From: Antedon mediterranea
Lineage: Eukaryota > Animalia > Echinodermata
Length of the DNA stretch: 64,000 nucleotides
NCBI RefSeq assembly: GCF_964355755.1
Contig: NC_092678.1
Span: 19,175,365-19,239,364 of the forward strand
Direction of reading: 5' to 3'
Positions within the stretch are counted from its first letter, which is position 1. Each line of letters opens with the position of its first letter. Both the position numbers and the translations under genes were made by a program. Below, piece after piece: positions 25,101-40,100 of this stretch. Below the pieces are notes generated by a model, which was not told the origin of the DNA, ran no database searches, and was given only the letters and a program-made list of their open reading frames with translations.

Positions 25101-28100
25101 TTTACAGTGCAGTACACCACTTTTGATAAAAACTACACAGTAAATGGTCCGTCCACCACTTTTGAAATAAACATACAGTAACAGAAGAAATACATGAACA
25201 TTCTAAAACAAAATAGGTATTTATATAGAAACAATAATGTAAAAACAGTAAAGACACTTTCTAGAAATATACTATTTTTAGAAAAAAACAAGCCAATTGG
25301 GTAAGAAGTTAATGTTGAAGTAATAATATAGAAATATAGACATATAGATGAAACTTTTGATTGAAAGAGTTATTGTAAAGTCGATTAATGATAATGAGTC
25401 TTGTTGAAAGTTGCTTGAAATGAAAGCTTTGGTTTGATTTGTTTTACATTTAACTTTGTGAACTTTGTTGTTATACTTTCAAAAAACATGTTTCCATATT
25501 TATTATTATTTATATTATTAATAAATATTAATTTTCGATATCATAAATAGTAATAATAGTAACTTTTAAGTATCAAAAGAAACACAATTATGCATAATCA
25601 TATTAAAATAAAAATACTGGTGACAATTATAGGTTACATGATTGTTCGGAAAGTTGTTCAGAAAGCTAAAATTTGTCACAAAAGTTTACCTGTACAAATG
25701 AACCCATCTCCTTCATAACCTTCGATACAGACACAATTAAAGCCTCCTTCACTGTCAAGACACGTAGCACGAATGCTACAGTTATTGTTACCTTCAAGAC
25801 ACTCGTCTATATTGTCACAGCCTAATGCTGAATTACTACGATACCCTGATTCACAAATACACTGGTAGGATCCTAACGTGTTTGAGCAGACGGAATTCAC
25901 ACCGCATATGTCAGTGTATATGCATTCGTCAATATCTAAAATAATAATAATATATTATTAAAACTTCAATAACAAAATAAACAAAGGTTAATCTAAATGT
26001 TTACTAAACAAATACCATTTCTTATTTTAGAAATTAGTAACACCTTTAAAATAAGTCACAAAAACATACATGCAAGGTGTGACTTTATTAGTACGTTTTG
26101 ATTTTAAAAGAATGTAATCATAGGAATAACATTTTTCAAAGCAGGTGTAATTTTTTTTTAAAGTTTCTACGATTTCATTTTTTAAATATAATTGTAATAT
26201 TTATTTTTGAAATTATTATACATTTAAAAAAATTAATGTTTAATTAACTTACCTGTACAATTTACACCATCTCCTTTAAAACCATCATTGCATTGACAAG
26301 AATAAGAACCATTATAGTTTGTACACGTTGCCATGGTATCGCAAGGTGACGTAGAACATTCATTAACATCTGTATTATGAAATTTAACGTAAAGGTATTT
26401 GTTTCATAAAAAGCATTCTGAATTGAGAAAATTCGGATTAGGGTCTCTACGGGCCCACGACAGCCACAATGTTGTGCCTACAATGAATGGCAGATGATGA
26501 TGGACCCAGTACACTGGGGTAACCCTCTACTCTTCCGAAAGATGCACTATGATATCTACATAGTATTTTAATTGATGAATCTCATATTTTCAATCATTAG
26601 TTAGTAGTTAACAACAATTCCAGTTAAAACAAATAGATATAAACTTTCATTTTTACCTAGCGTTATTAGACTACACAACAATGATTTTCAAAGATAAGTC
26701 ATAAAGTCTTTTGTATTTTATATTGCTTGATCAGTTGTTAAGTTCCATGTTGATCACGAATGTAAATATTATGTGTGTATTGTTTTGTTTGTGTTTTGAA
26801 AACAATGCCAAGAAAACAATTATCACTTTACTATATGTATGAATGACTCTGAATCGGAATATGGCTCTTTAATGTGCCACTAAGCCAAATTGTTACGCTG
26901 GAGCTCCGCTTTAATTCTTTATCCCAGAAGACTTTTCTATCCACCAGAAATAAATTGTGGTCGATGAGATTGAATGGCCACGGTTTGCGACGCACCATGC
27001 CTTATCCACACGTGACTCGAATAACACGGGGCGGCGAAATATCATTGTTTGTCCAACAAATAGATAATGTATTATATTACGCAGACACATTTCTCTGTGT
27101 TTAATATAACTAGCTAGTAAATATTCATTGGATGAAATGAAACACCTTAATTCAAGGTTTAATATTTTCAGTACATCTTAAAACATTATACTTTTGACAC
27201 TTACCTAAGCACGTATATCCATCACCAGTGTATCCATCCATGCATTGACAGACGTAAGATCCATCCGTGTTGGTACAAACACCTCTTTCGTCGCACCTTT
27301 GATAAGGACATGTGTCGGTACCAATGCACTGTGATGACATCACATCACATTCATTGATATCTGTCAAAAGAATCAAAGAGATTGGTATGTTTGCTTTTTT
27401 GTATTAAATTGACATTTCCATTTTTTTTATAATGACTCACCATCGCAGTCGTCATCAGTGCTCGTATAACCAGAATTACACGAGCAGTTGTATGCTCCAA
27501 TTGTGTTTATACAGGCAGCATTGGATGAACATATGTCAACGTCATCACATTCATTTACATCTGCCAATATAACAATGAAAAATTATTACAAAAATTATTA
27601 AGAAAACAAAATAGGCGCTATATTTTAGAAAAATGAATCTGATTAATAAACTAATGGGATCATTTTCAAAGTTGTATACATTGTTTTAATATAAATTATG
27701 GACTATATTTTCGAAAAACTTCTCTTCCAAATATGTATATATTATATTATTTATTAAAATAATTAGACATGATACAAGGATTTAGCAATTCACTGCAGGA
27801 CATCACTCTACTAAAAGTGCAAATTTCTTTGATCCCTCTTTTCCTAATCTCAACCAGTTGTTTTCATATTCGCTCAGATCGTCTCTCCATCTCATTTTGG
27901 ATTTTCCCCTTTTCTTTTCTCTATCCTTGGTTGCAGTCCCAATCTTTAAACCAAAGTTATTCCCAACAGTTACCGATTTTTCTTTTTAAAATAGTCTTGC
28001 TGGTCATGGAGTCTTGCAACGTGGCTTGCCCATCTGCACTTTATTTTAACAATTACATCTTTAGAAGATATCTGGTTCTTGTCCTTTCCTTATTACTTTG

Positions 28101-31100
28101 TATAGTACCTTATGCCAATCATTCTTCTTTACATTGTATACTTGGGTAATACAATTACTGAATTATACATTTAACATTATTATAATCTTGAATCAACATG
28201 AATTACCTGAACAAGTTCTAATATCTGTATTAAGAAGATATCCATCTTCACACTGACATACATAGCCGCCATTACTATTATTGCATATAGTGTCGCACAT
28301 GTTATCACTGTCCGAACTACACTCGTTAATATCTGTGATGTATTTAAAATTGATGTATATCAAAAACAGTGCTTACATTATAACATTCTGTAGTGTAATT
28401 ACACAATAGCCTCTATTCAATTAACTTTATGGAAAGCCTTGCAGTAAGATGGATTGTACGTATTCAATGATTTATTGTAACACTGGAAGTGTTATGTAAT
28501 ATTGTTATATCCAGAACTATTGGTTTTCCCAGTATATCTTTCTGACTATAATTCCTAATGAGTAAACCACAGAGATGCCTATACAGTTTGAATGTACAAT
28601 TATAACAATAATGTATAGTGGAACAAGTCAAAATTACTCTACTGCAGTTAAGGGCGTATTATATTTTATTTATTATTTAACCTGTTTACAGTATGCATAT
28701 TTTTAGCAACCTTGTTTAGGTAAACATACTGTATTCCTTGTTTATTTCAGTAAAATTATAGCAACTACTGTAACTGCAGTAAAAGAATATTGCCATTATA
28801 TTCAAGAAGTTTTCTTTCACCTGTACACAATGTAGAATTATATTCTTCGTAGCCAGAATGACATGTACAGGTTGGGTCACCATCGTCTCCAATAACACAG
28901 AAGGCATTCACACAAACGTCCTCCTCGCACTGTGCATCACTTGAAACTATTACGTTAAAACAATACATAACTATATATTTAAATACGTCACTTGAGTTTA
29001 CATTAGGTTATCGACGTAAACGCTAAATACACGTGCGTTAACATACGTGCGTTAACATATGAGCGCAGAACGTTTAATGTCATCCTCTGATCTGAAGATG
29101 GTTATATAATAGTTTAATTTATTCACAACCATACTGTACTATATTAACTGTGTAGGCTAGTTTACGGACATCACCTATATTCCCATTTGTAAATACAATG
29201 ACGTCATTATAATAACAGATTTTGTAAGATAATTGTCTGAGCAAGAACATATTGGAAGAAAATATAAGATTACCACACAATGTCCGATAAACACACATGA
29301 TTTAAGCATGCCCACTGAATCTGATTTACAATAAAAACAGTACACTACAAATTTCCTTCTGTCCAAATATGGAAATACAATTTCTAATGGCAATTTATAT
29401 AAATTCAAAATATGAAGTCAAGATAAAACAACATTTCCATTAACTATACCTAAACATGAAACACCGTCATTTTGTATTTCAAAACTATCAAAGCAATCAC
29501 AAGAAAACGAGCCAAGCGAGTTGCTGCAAACTTGGTCACAGTTATCAGTGCTAAGTTGACATTCATCAATATCTGAAAATAAAATAAATAATAATCAATG
29601 ATTGAATAATAAATGCCAACGATTACCTTTCTAAATATACTTTTAGAAATATGTATGTTGACATTCTTGTTTATGATCAGTCAGTTAAAATTCAAATACA
29701 AACACGGTTAGTGTGTACAAAATAGTGGAAGCGAGGATGGTGTCTTTTTTAAATGCTTGGTATTTTTGTTGCTAAGATAATTTTAGTATTTAATTCTCCC
29801 AACGACGAGAACCAATCAAAATGTATTTTCTCTCGATAACAATCAACCTGTCACTTACCATTGCAAACAAGTCCGTCACCAGTGTAGCCGTCAGAGCAAC
29901 TGCAGCTAAACGACCCAGGAGTGTTGCTACATTCAGCATTAAAATCACAAGGTAAATTTACATCACATTCATTGATATCTGAAAATGATTAGGAAAATGA
30001 TCTAAATCAAACAAGATTGTTTTGTCTTTCTCATTTGCTCTTCTATCTCAATTGCCACAACAAATGAGGTTTGATGAAAACTCAAAAATCCTTAAGCCTA
30101 CACTCTTTCTAACATTTTTTTTTTTGGACAGAGAGTATGCTAGTCATCATTCCACAATGAATGTAGGTACTACAGACGGTGAGAGAACAGTCTTAGACCG
30201 AAGATAGTTTAAAGAATACATAATAAATAAAAAAGTATTCGGTTTTAATATTCGTAAAAAGTAATTTTCTGTTACTATATTTACCTGTACAATTTCCATC
30301 AGATTCGGTCAAATATCCCGACTTGCATCTACAAGTAAAGCTACCTTGGGAATTTATACAGTCTTCTAGTTCTGTGCAAGTGTTTGTCCCATCTGTACAT
30401 TCATCTATGTCTACAGACAGCAAGTAGCAAATACATTATTTTAATTTCATAATTCAATCATTAGTATTAATAAATCGTTAAAACACTCTAGGTATCACGT
30501 TATTTCTCCATAAATTTAGGTTGCCCAAATGTACACCGCAAATATACATATAAATACAACTGATGTTTAGACAACGATCAATAGAAACTTGTCAAAAAAA
30601 ATTAGCAAAGCCTTGGAATTTCACAATTAGATATAAAAACAGTAAATTCTACATTATTAGCTTTCCAAAAAGGTAAATCACTAATGCTTGAGAAGAGTTT
30701 AAACAAGTGACTAAAATTATTGAAACCATTTTAGATTGACATACAACCAACAAAATAATAGGATAAAAACAACTGTGGTGGTATAAGGATTTTTTGGTTG
30801 TGCAGAATGTGTGTATTCATAAGTAGTCAGTAATAACTAAATAATCATAGTATTTGGTGGAAAATCGTTACCAATGCAAGTCACACCATCTCCAGCATAG
30901 CCAACTGGGCATGAGCAGTAGTAATTGCCCATTGTGTTTGTACACGATGCTCTCTGGTGACATAAAAACTCTACTGATAGGCATTCATTGACGTCTGTAC
31001 ACGCAGGTCCATCCCCAGTCCAACCGTCTGAACACACACAGGAGTAGGCCCCTGGGCTGTTTATACAATCAGCATTTGGATCACAGTTATCAAAAGCATG

Positions 31101-34100
31101 TGAACATTCATCTATATCTGAAATATTAATAAAGGCTATGTTAAGATATTGCAAATTTAAAAATTCTCAATTTAACTGGAAGAAATTGTTAAATGGTAAT
31201 TTTCGGACAACCAGCAGTCGAATTAATCTATCTGAAGAAGGAGGCAATTGGAACAAATCCTCCTGACACAGATACTATAGAAGAGGAAGGTAGGCCTACT
31301 CATGCCTTCTCATGGCCATTTAAAAGTCACTTGTGATATTTTCTTACCGGTACAAACTTTTCCCGTTCCTTCAAAGCCATCTGTACATGTACAGGTAAAT
31401 GATCCATCGCTATTGAGACAATCTGCATTTTCGTCACAAGGATATTCGACAAAAGAACATTCATTAATATCTGAAAAAATATGAATAGGAATTGCGGTAG
31501 CCGAGTGTTCAGTATACCTACACTTTACTACCATATGCTACATTTAAATACTAGGGAGGATAAGGCGGCGTGGAAAGGAACTGGCTATTTTACTACATAC
31601 TTAGTAGGCCTACAATGAGCTAATAACTGCCCATTCACCCACGTTCAGAATGAATTTGAGTGAGTGGCCGAGCGGTTAAGACAGTGGAACCGTAATTACG
31701 TAGCCATAACATCGGCAGGGGTTCGAGGCTCACTCACGCCATGGTTCTGGTGGTAGAACGAGTCTTCTCGGATAAGGACTACAAACCGTAGGTCCAGTGT
31801 ACACATCTAGTTCGTGTGCACTTTAAAGAACCTAGTACATCTTTCGAGACGAGTAGGGGGTTACCCCGGTGTATTAGTACATCACAGCCACTGATCACCA
31901 ACTGGACCCTCTGGGAGACCAGTCTTTGCCCGAAGAGGTTACCCAGTATAAATATAAATTTCAATGTTATTCTTATACAATTCATCTTTACCTTAACATT
32001 GAAGTACACATTAGAATATCATTTTCCCACCTCAACTTATTCATAAGGCGAAGTGTTGTAAAATAGGCAAAACTAACCATTACAAACAGTTCCATCACCG
32101 TTCAGATCTGAGTAGCCTTCAAGACACATACAGTTGTAAGAGCCGAGCGTATTTGTACACTGTGCAGCGTCGGAACAGCTGTCTGAATCGATCAAACATT
32201 CATCTATGTCTGAAGTGAAAATAAACAATATACATTGAATAAATAACATAATATTGTATTTATAATTGTTGATACAAAAGTCTAGAGAGAAAAAAACTTA
32301 CCGATACAATTACTTCCATCTGGTTGTATTTCATAACCATCAAAGCAATCACAACTATACGACAGCAATGTATTTGTACAAATCTGCTCGCATACATCAT
32401 CATCACATTCATTGTAATCTAAAATGATTACGAGGGGTATGTTATACAATGTGATCTTAAATTACAACTGATCTTAAATTACAATGTACAACACTTAGGA
32501 CCGACCAGCACATTTCGCTCACAACATTTCTGATATGCTGTGTTGTATCAACTATGAAACCATATAATAGGCTCTATGCTATAATTTCAGAAAGAATTCG
32601 ATTCTTACCATAGCATTTGAATCCATTTCCTACTAGGCCATCTGGACAACTTCCACATGTAGCATTTGCTTCTGGAGCTTTGTTATCAAAACAGCTGACA
32701 CTCGGATAGCAAGGCTGGTTCATGCAGTAGTCATAATCAACACTGCAGTCAGATCCTGTCCATGCAAGGGTACATACGCACTGAGCAACCTACATGAAAG
32801 TATGTAGAATAATGTAGATGTGCTAGCCAAAATAATTAATCTGTAGTCCTACAAGTAGGCCTAGTATTCATTTGTAGTATTTGAAACATAAATTTGCACG
32901 AACTATTGTTACATTTCCATTGACCACTGGGAGTATCTCACTTACTGGTTTTGTTTATCGTCAATATTTAACTTTGTTCCTTTTTACAACCAAGGAAGAG
33001 AGATCCAATTTAATTTGTTTTATGTTTGAGCTTAGGTACAAAACTTCCAGTCTACTGTATGTCTAAATATTTTTTTAGGAAGAAGGTTACTCTCTTCACA
33101 TTGATACAACGACTTGATAATCTGTAGTTGTATAGCTTGGTAAACCAAATAAAGGTGTCCAGTTGTAAAAAAATAAAATAAAACAATTTTTTTTGCAGAG
33201 CTTGATATGAATCTTTTTTCCTGGGCGTCTGGTTTTTTTAATGGAATTGACACGATGTACAGTGTATTAAAAGTTAAAATTGTAAAATATTTTGGCGTAC
33301 ATACAGCATATTTGTTATTTGTAATATCCGACCCATCTACGAGTTGATCAAAGTCACAGACACCGTCGTTAAAACAGCTACATATGACGACCTCTAGGGG
33401 AAGTGCAGATGTGGCTCCACGGCTATCAGTAGCAATGATAGTTAACATTACACGGTCTGAACTTAACGGTCTCCAAGACAACTCTCCATCTAAAGAAGAT
33501 TATAAACATGAAGCCCTTTTCTTTGAGTGTGAATCGTAATTATTAGGGCTGGTATACCTCAGAACAACATAAGTGACATGATATATTGTGATGGTTAACA
33601 TTGTTCTGTTGCACAGGGCCATCATGATATTTTTCATGGTCGAAAATAGCGACACTACTTTATCCTCAAAATGATGAACATGTGTTTAAACCATTATATT
33701 AGGAAAAATGGTAGCAGATTCTATATCACTAGAGATCTCACGAAATAAATTATCCAACAAAAGATAAGCTATCCCCTTTTCGTGGTAGTCACACAACTAA
33801 CCAGCATATATCTTCAAGGTATATTCATTTCATTCAAAAATAAAATTTTCACAAGGTAGCCAAGAACGAAATTCTCTACGTAACCTTAATATACAATGAT
33901 AATCACTGAGTAAAATGTAGTATTTAGCAATTAATGTATTGCATAACATTTGGACTTTTTAGGTATTTAGACTAAGGTAGGATACATGTACAGTAACAAA
34001 GTTTCATTTAATTCAATTAATTTACTATGAATTCAAAATCTATACAATTACAGATAAAAGGTAAAACATCTTTTACAACTCTCCCATTCCATAACAACAG

Positions 34101-37100
34101 AACAATGTGTCTTACCTGACGTAATTGATCCACCGGGAAGAGCATCTTGCAGTGAGAATGATATGATATCACCATTTGCATCAAAGCTATCTACCTCAAA
34201 TGTATACAAATCTCCCACAATAACATTTAACCTGTTATCTCCTACCAGAGCTGTAGTTGCGCTTGTTTCCCTTATACCAGTAATATTTGGCGGGAAATTT
34301 GCTGACGAAAATAGATTGTTTACATTTTTTAAACCATTTTATTATAATTGAAGAAATAAATGAAATAAATATACTAGAGAACTATGTAAAAGTGTATGAA
34401 TCAGTATTGTAATAAACAATTTTTATGTAAACACGCCTGCTAAAAAAGTGTATGTATACAATTGTATAAACCTTGACTATATGGATGGACTTTATTCAAA
34501 ATTAGCATAAAAACAATTAAAAAAGTACAGAAACCAATAGAAGAGAAAAATTAATAACAGAGAAAATCAGTATAACCCTTTAAACTATAAAATGTGTTTC
34601 GTAAAACACTTAAAGTATGCAAATTGTTTAAAAGAAAAGAATACAAATTTATAGAAAAAAAAAACACATTTAAGGCCTTGTAAAAAAATCCCACAATTTA
34701 AAATGGAGAATATACATAATGGACTGATAAAAATGATATAAAATTCAAAAGAAAAGATAAACATTTTTTAAAATGAATAAACACAATGTAGTAACTGCAT
34801 GAACTTTGACATGCCCACTTAAAAAAATAAAAACTAACTTTACTGACCTAAATTTTCAGCTCCTTCATTGTTCGTGTCACTTGTATCTTTTGTCTGAGTG
34901 CCAACTGTAATGTTGTTAGTCACCAGAGCGTCAAACAAACACTCTTCATTTGTACCGCAACTTTGTATAGCTTGCTCATACATAGGGTCATCAGCCTTAG
35001 ACGCTAACAGATCATCAAAGAATATTGGACTGAATTCCAGGTCATTTATATCAGCCCAGGTTTGTCCATTTTGATAAATAAACAGCGCATTATCTGGGGT
35101 TGTTCTCCCTATAGTAATATTTTAAAAATATAATACATATGCTATTCATTTCTTTAAAAAGAGTGCTCACATTGTAATTGTCGTTTGGAACTTAAACGAA
35201 GTTATATGTTTCTTTTTTTGTCTGTCAAACAAACACACTTACATGTTAATCCAAAGTCATATAATTCTCGTTCAGTTAAATTACGATTTTCTGGAATCAT
35301 TAACATCGTATTGTCAGGGTACGTGAAGTCATCTTTCCAATTACCATTCCACACACCTACAATAACAAACAGAAAGTAGTTAGAAAGATTTTAAACAGTA
35401 TGTATCTAGTTACAACTACTGTACGTTATGCTTGATTAATTGATAGAATAACATAATGCATAAAAGGAGAAAGATTCATTGCAAGTATTGATTGAAATAT
35501 TTATTTATACTGGGTAACCTCTTCAGTCAAAGACTGGTCTCCCAGAGGGCCCAGTTGGTGATCAGTGGCTGTGAAGTACTAATACACCGGGGTAACCCCC
35601 TACTTGTCTCGAAAGATGTACTAGGTTCTTTAAAGTGCACACGAGCTAGATGTGTACACTGGACCTACGGTTTAGTATAGTCCTTATCCGAGAAGACTCG
35701 TTCTACCACCTGAACCACGGAGTGAGTGAGCCTCGAACCCCTGCGCCGATGTTATGGCTACGTAAATACAGTACAAATGAATTTAGCTAATCGTCATAGT
35801 ATATTGTTTTATTTTTCTACATAATAAAATATAAATATCATGCAAGTCAATTGTGATGTTAGGAAAGAGGAATATTCATTTACTCACCGTACAAGCCTTT
35901 AGTACGTGATTCGCGCAAATCATCTGGCGCTGACAAGACGACCTCTAAAAGTGGCGCAGTGAAACCCACCATAATCGCAATACCGGAACCCCAAGATGCA
36001 ATGACTTTGTTTGTGGTAGACTCTCCTGTCGGCAGTTTGATGGTGAATGTTGGATCGTCTGGTGAAGTATAATACTCTGAAGCAAAAGCATTGATAATCA
36101 AAATCATACTCTACTAAAAAGAAGATACATGCCCCATAGCAGTTACTTAATTATGGCCTCATAGTTGTGACTTTGGTAGGTATTTACCATACTCTTCTAT
36201 TCTAGAGTAGGCCTAAATAAGTGGATCTCTAATTGATGAGAAAAAAATAAGTGACAATATTTATTTTTTTAATGTACCTTCAGGTAAAGATGTTACGTCC
36301 ACTTCAATAGACTCATTCACGATAACTTCCAGACCACTTCCATCAGAATTAATTGATATTTGTACCTTTTAAAGAGTAAAAATGCCTTTATTAATAACCG
36401 CATATAATTGACAAAATTCTATAAGGTATGTCAAAAACAGATCAGTCGAACAAACCATTGTCACAAACTTCTTATTTCCTATAAATTGTTATAATGTATT
36501 TTCCTGCAGATGTTTAATAGGCCTACTTTCTATTATGATTAAGCATACCTTTGTTCCTCCTTGCTGTGCTGCAAATGCGGTGAAAGCAGTGGCCTGCACG
36601 ACTTCACCATTGATTGGCGGTGTCTGCATTCTTCCTTGAAGGACGAAATCTCCGTCATCAACAGTCACCAGTATGAACTCTCCAAGTCCATTGAAGGTAT
36701 ATTCATAGCCATCCAGAGTCCTAATGTGAGGATCTCCAAACATCCACCCTATATTTAATTACAGTAGTAAATGATACTAATTGTATTATTTATTGGTTCT
36801 CTCCTTTAAAACGGAGGAACACCCTAGTAACAATGAGTTTAACCAAAGAACTTATAACACAAGAATCTCCTGTTCTTCAATTTGCATTCAAAACACAGTA
36901 TCGGAAGTACAGGGTTAAAAGGTCAAACTGGGCGACGCCATTTCACAGCATGGAGCAGCGCCCCCTCCAAACTAGGAAGTCAATTACTCTACCCCCCTGG
37001 AGTATTAGCGGATCCCCTCTATGATTTTGACTTTCTAATTTGATGCGGGCGCCCTACTCCTTAGTCAATTACTCTATCCCCTCTAGAGCATTAGCAGATC

Positions 37101-40100
37101 CCCTCTATGATTTTGACTTTCTAATTTGATGCGGGCGCCCTACTCCATGGCTCACAATGGCGCCACCCATAGCTCTATTCTATCCCACAATGCCTTTCGA
37201 AATTGTTACGCGCTTCGGACGAACAAAACAAAATTAAAATTGAACCTTTGATGATTTGTACGAAAATGCTGGATTTTGGACCTATTGTGCATGCAGACTG
37301 TCGATCATATGTGTTATTTTTTAAATCACTTAGAGCAAAAGTTAAAAGTGATCATTTAATGTAATTGTTTATAGGAAAAAACTTCTTATTCTGAAATCTG
37401 TAATCACATTTTTACCTATGTGAGGAGGTATGTAACCTCTGCATGTTCCGGTTGGACGGGCTTGCGCGTACAGGTCACAATAATAGGGGTCATTGGACTC
37501 AGAGCAACAGGCATAGCGCGGTAAAATATCCTCGTCTGCAAAACGAAACATAAGAGCACAACAGTTAAATATTTTACTATGCATTCAACTAAAAACCGAC
37601 CAATTGTTTTAATGGTTCTACTTCTTTTGATAATTTTCAATACCATTAAACGAAAAAAAAATAATAATGTGCATTTTAAATCATATAGAAATATGGAATG
37701 GGCCTCAAAGTTTTCAAAGCTTAACAAGAGTAAATATAATATCACTGTTTCATCAACATTATTTATAAACAAATCATTGTATATGTTACCAAAAAAAAAA
37801 AAACAATACTTACTCATCCATAAATTATACAAATCTTCATCAAAATATGATCCAAATTTCGGTGAAGTTTTGCTGACAAAGCTACTTGAAAACACGTCAT
37901 CTCCGTAACCTTCGACAAGAGAACCATCTTCTCTGTAGCAGCATGTCAGGCTAGCTCCATACTGGTTTGCAGAAGTAGTGATACAAAATGGTGATCCTAA
38001 AAATAATAATTGTTGCAAAACTAAAGTTGATCAGATCAGTTTAATGTACAAGTAGATTAGAAAATAATGTTTCTCTCTATTTTTGTTGTAGTTGCTTCAA
38101 CCTAATTTCAGCATATCAGACTAGCTCCATTACTGGTTTGCAGAAGTAGTTATACAAAAATGGTGATCCTAAATATAATTAATGCAAAACAAAAATTGAA
38201 CTGTAGATTAGAATATTTGGTTCTCTTTATTTTCATTTTAGTTGCTTCACATTAGTTTAAGGAAATACCAGCTAGTTATATACCTTATTTCGTTGTGTGT
38301 CTACTGTTTCTATACTAATTTATTTTATTGATTCTCACCGTAAGTTACAGTATTGTCATATTAGAACACATAGAAAACAAATAAAACACAGAACAAAAAC
38401 AAAACATAAATGTAGTAAAGAGTACAGTATGTATCTAATTTTGTTTGTTGATAAAATACCTGCTACACTTTCAATTTCCTTGAGAACATCTGATGGTATT
38501 TTAACTCTAACCACGCTAGATCTTCCAAATCGCCTTGTATTTCCAAAATTCATATCGTTTGTGCCTTGCTGGAAAACACACGGACAAGTTCCAAGCCAGC
38601 CTATCCATGGAAGGTCATCATTAATATCCTGTTCTTGTTGAAGATACCAATCTTGACAATATCTTCTATAGTTTAAGTCAACGTTCTGGTCATTGTTTTC
38701 CAATCGGAATAACCACTGACCGTTCGACTCTGAATTGCTGGTCATGTCGGGGAAGTATCTTGAATTTGTTGTCGGAAAAAGGGTTTCATCTTGCTGGACA
38801 TTAGACAGTTGACCTTGTGACCCAACACCATAGCCTATAATGAGGTTCTTCTGTAAAAGTACTTCTGGGTTCCATCGCATTCCTCCAACCTCATAGTTAA
38901 ATATTGCAAAACTGTATATTCCATCGGTAACTAGTATAGCCTGAAAGGTTGCTGTCTAATTTGTAAAAAATAGAAAAATTGTAGTAAGTTACTTATTTAT
39001 ACATGTAGTTTTTTCATTATGCATTTTCCAACATGTCATGTCATGTAGTGTACTGTTTCAGAAGTTTTGCTCGTGTACGAATTTTAGTTAATATTATTTC
39101 TGTAGGATATTTTTGTGACCACTACATCATAAAAGTATTTCCTAATTATCATATTTGTTTTTATTTATTTATTTATTTATCATAAATTATGCAATCCTAT
39201 TTCATTATTGTATTTCTTGTAATATTTATATTGTTTCTTACATTATCTTGGTTATCTGCTACAGGATATTGCACAACTTTATCCCATGTGACCGTTAACA
39301 TCCAATTAGCTTCAAATGTAGCGTTATCAGGTAGAGCATTATTTTCACCAAGTAATTCCTGTACTCTCATAGAAGCCTCATTAAGGACGTATTGTTGATC
39401 GGTATTCCTTCTTACTCGGCCAATGTCTGACGAAACTGATTCTCTAACCTAAAAGATTACAAGAAACCAACATTAAATATCTAATATTTCAAATATCTTG
39501 CATTTTTTATGGATCCAGAAGGTAAGTTTCATTAGGCTTCCTACACATCGTTACTTTTGGTTATATCAATCAATAATCCTTATTTCAGAATTTATCACCA
39601 AAGAAATACATCGTAGGCCTACAAAAGAAATGTATAATGTAATGTTGTTCGATTTATATAGCGCTTATACAATCAAAATATTGTTCCAAAGCGCTGAAAA
39701 ACAAAAATATGGACAAATAGTTTATAGAGTACTGATAACTTAAGCTATTTCTACACTAGTAGTAGTAGTACAAACAAGTTTCATCATCACCATGTCCATA
39801 TTTTTTGTGGTCACATACAGTTTGATAGTGTAGTAGATTATCCAAACCTGATAGAAAACGTTGCCAATAGCTGGATCGACCAAATCGACGTCTGACCAAA
39901 ATGGAGCGATAATGCGATTTGATGAATCAGATGTTATGCCTTCAACTGGTGGATTAGCGAAACCAAACTTCTCGTCATTTTCATTGATTAGAATTATGAC
40001 ACCGTTTTCAGTAAACTAAGATAATAATGACAAAAGTTACAAAAAACGTCGTAATTAAGAAACACTAGGTTTAAGACGACTGCTTTAGTGTAGTAGGCAT

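Noticed and set aside
31658-31745. tRNA gene candidates here and at 42410-42488, 60041-60135 and 60871-60940
   Set aside because: A/B boxes present but no clean cloverleaf, and each continues into a SINE body and tail
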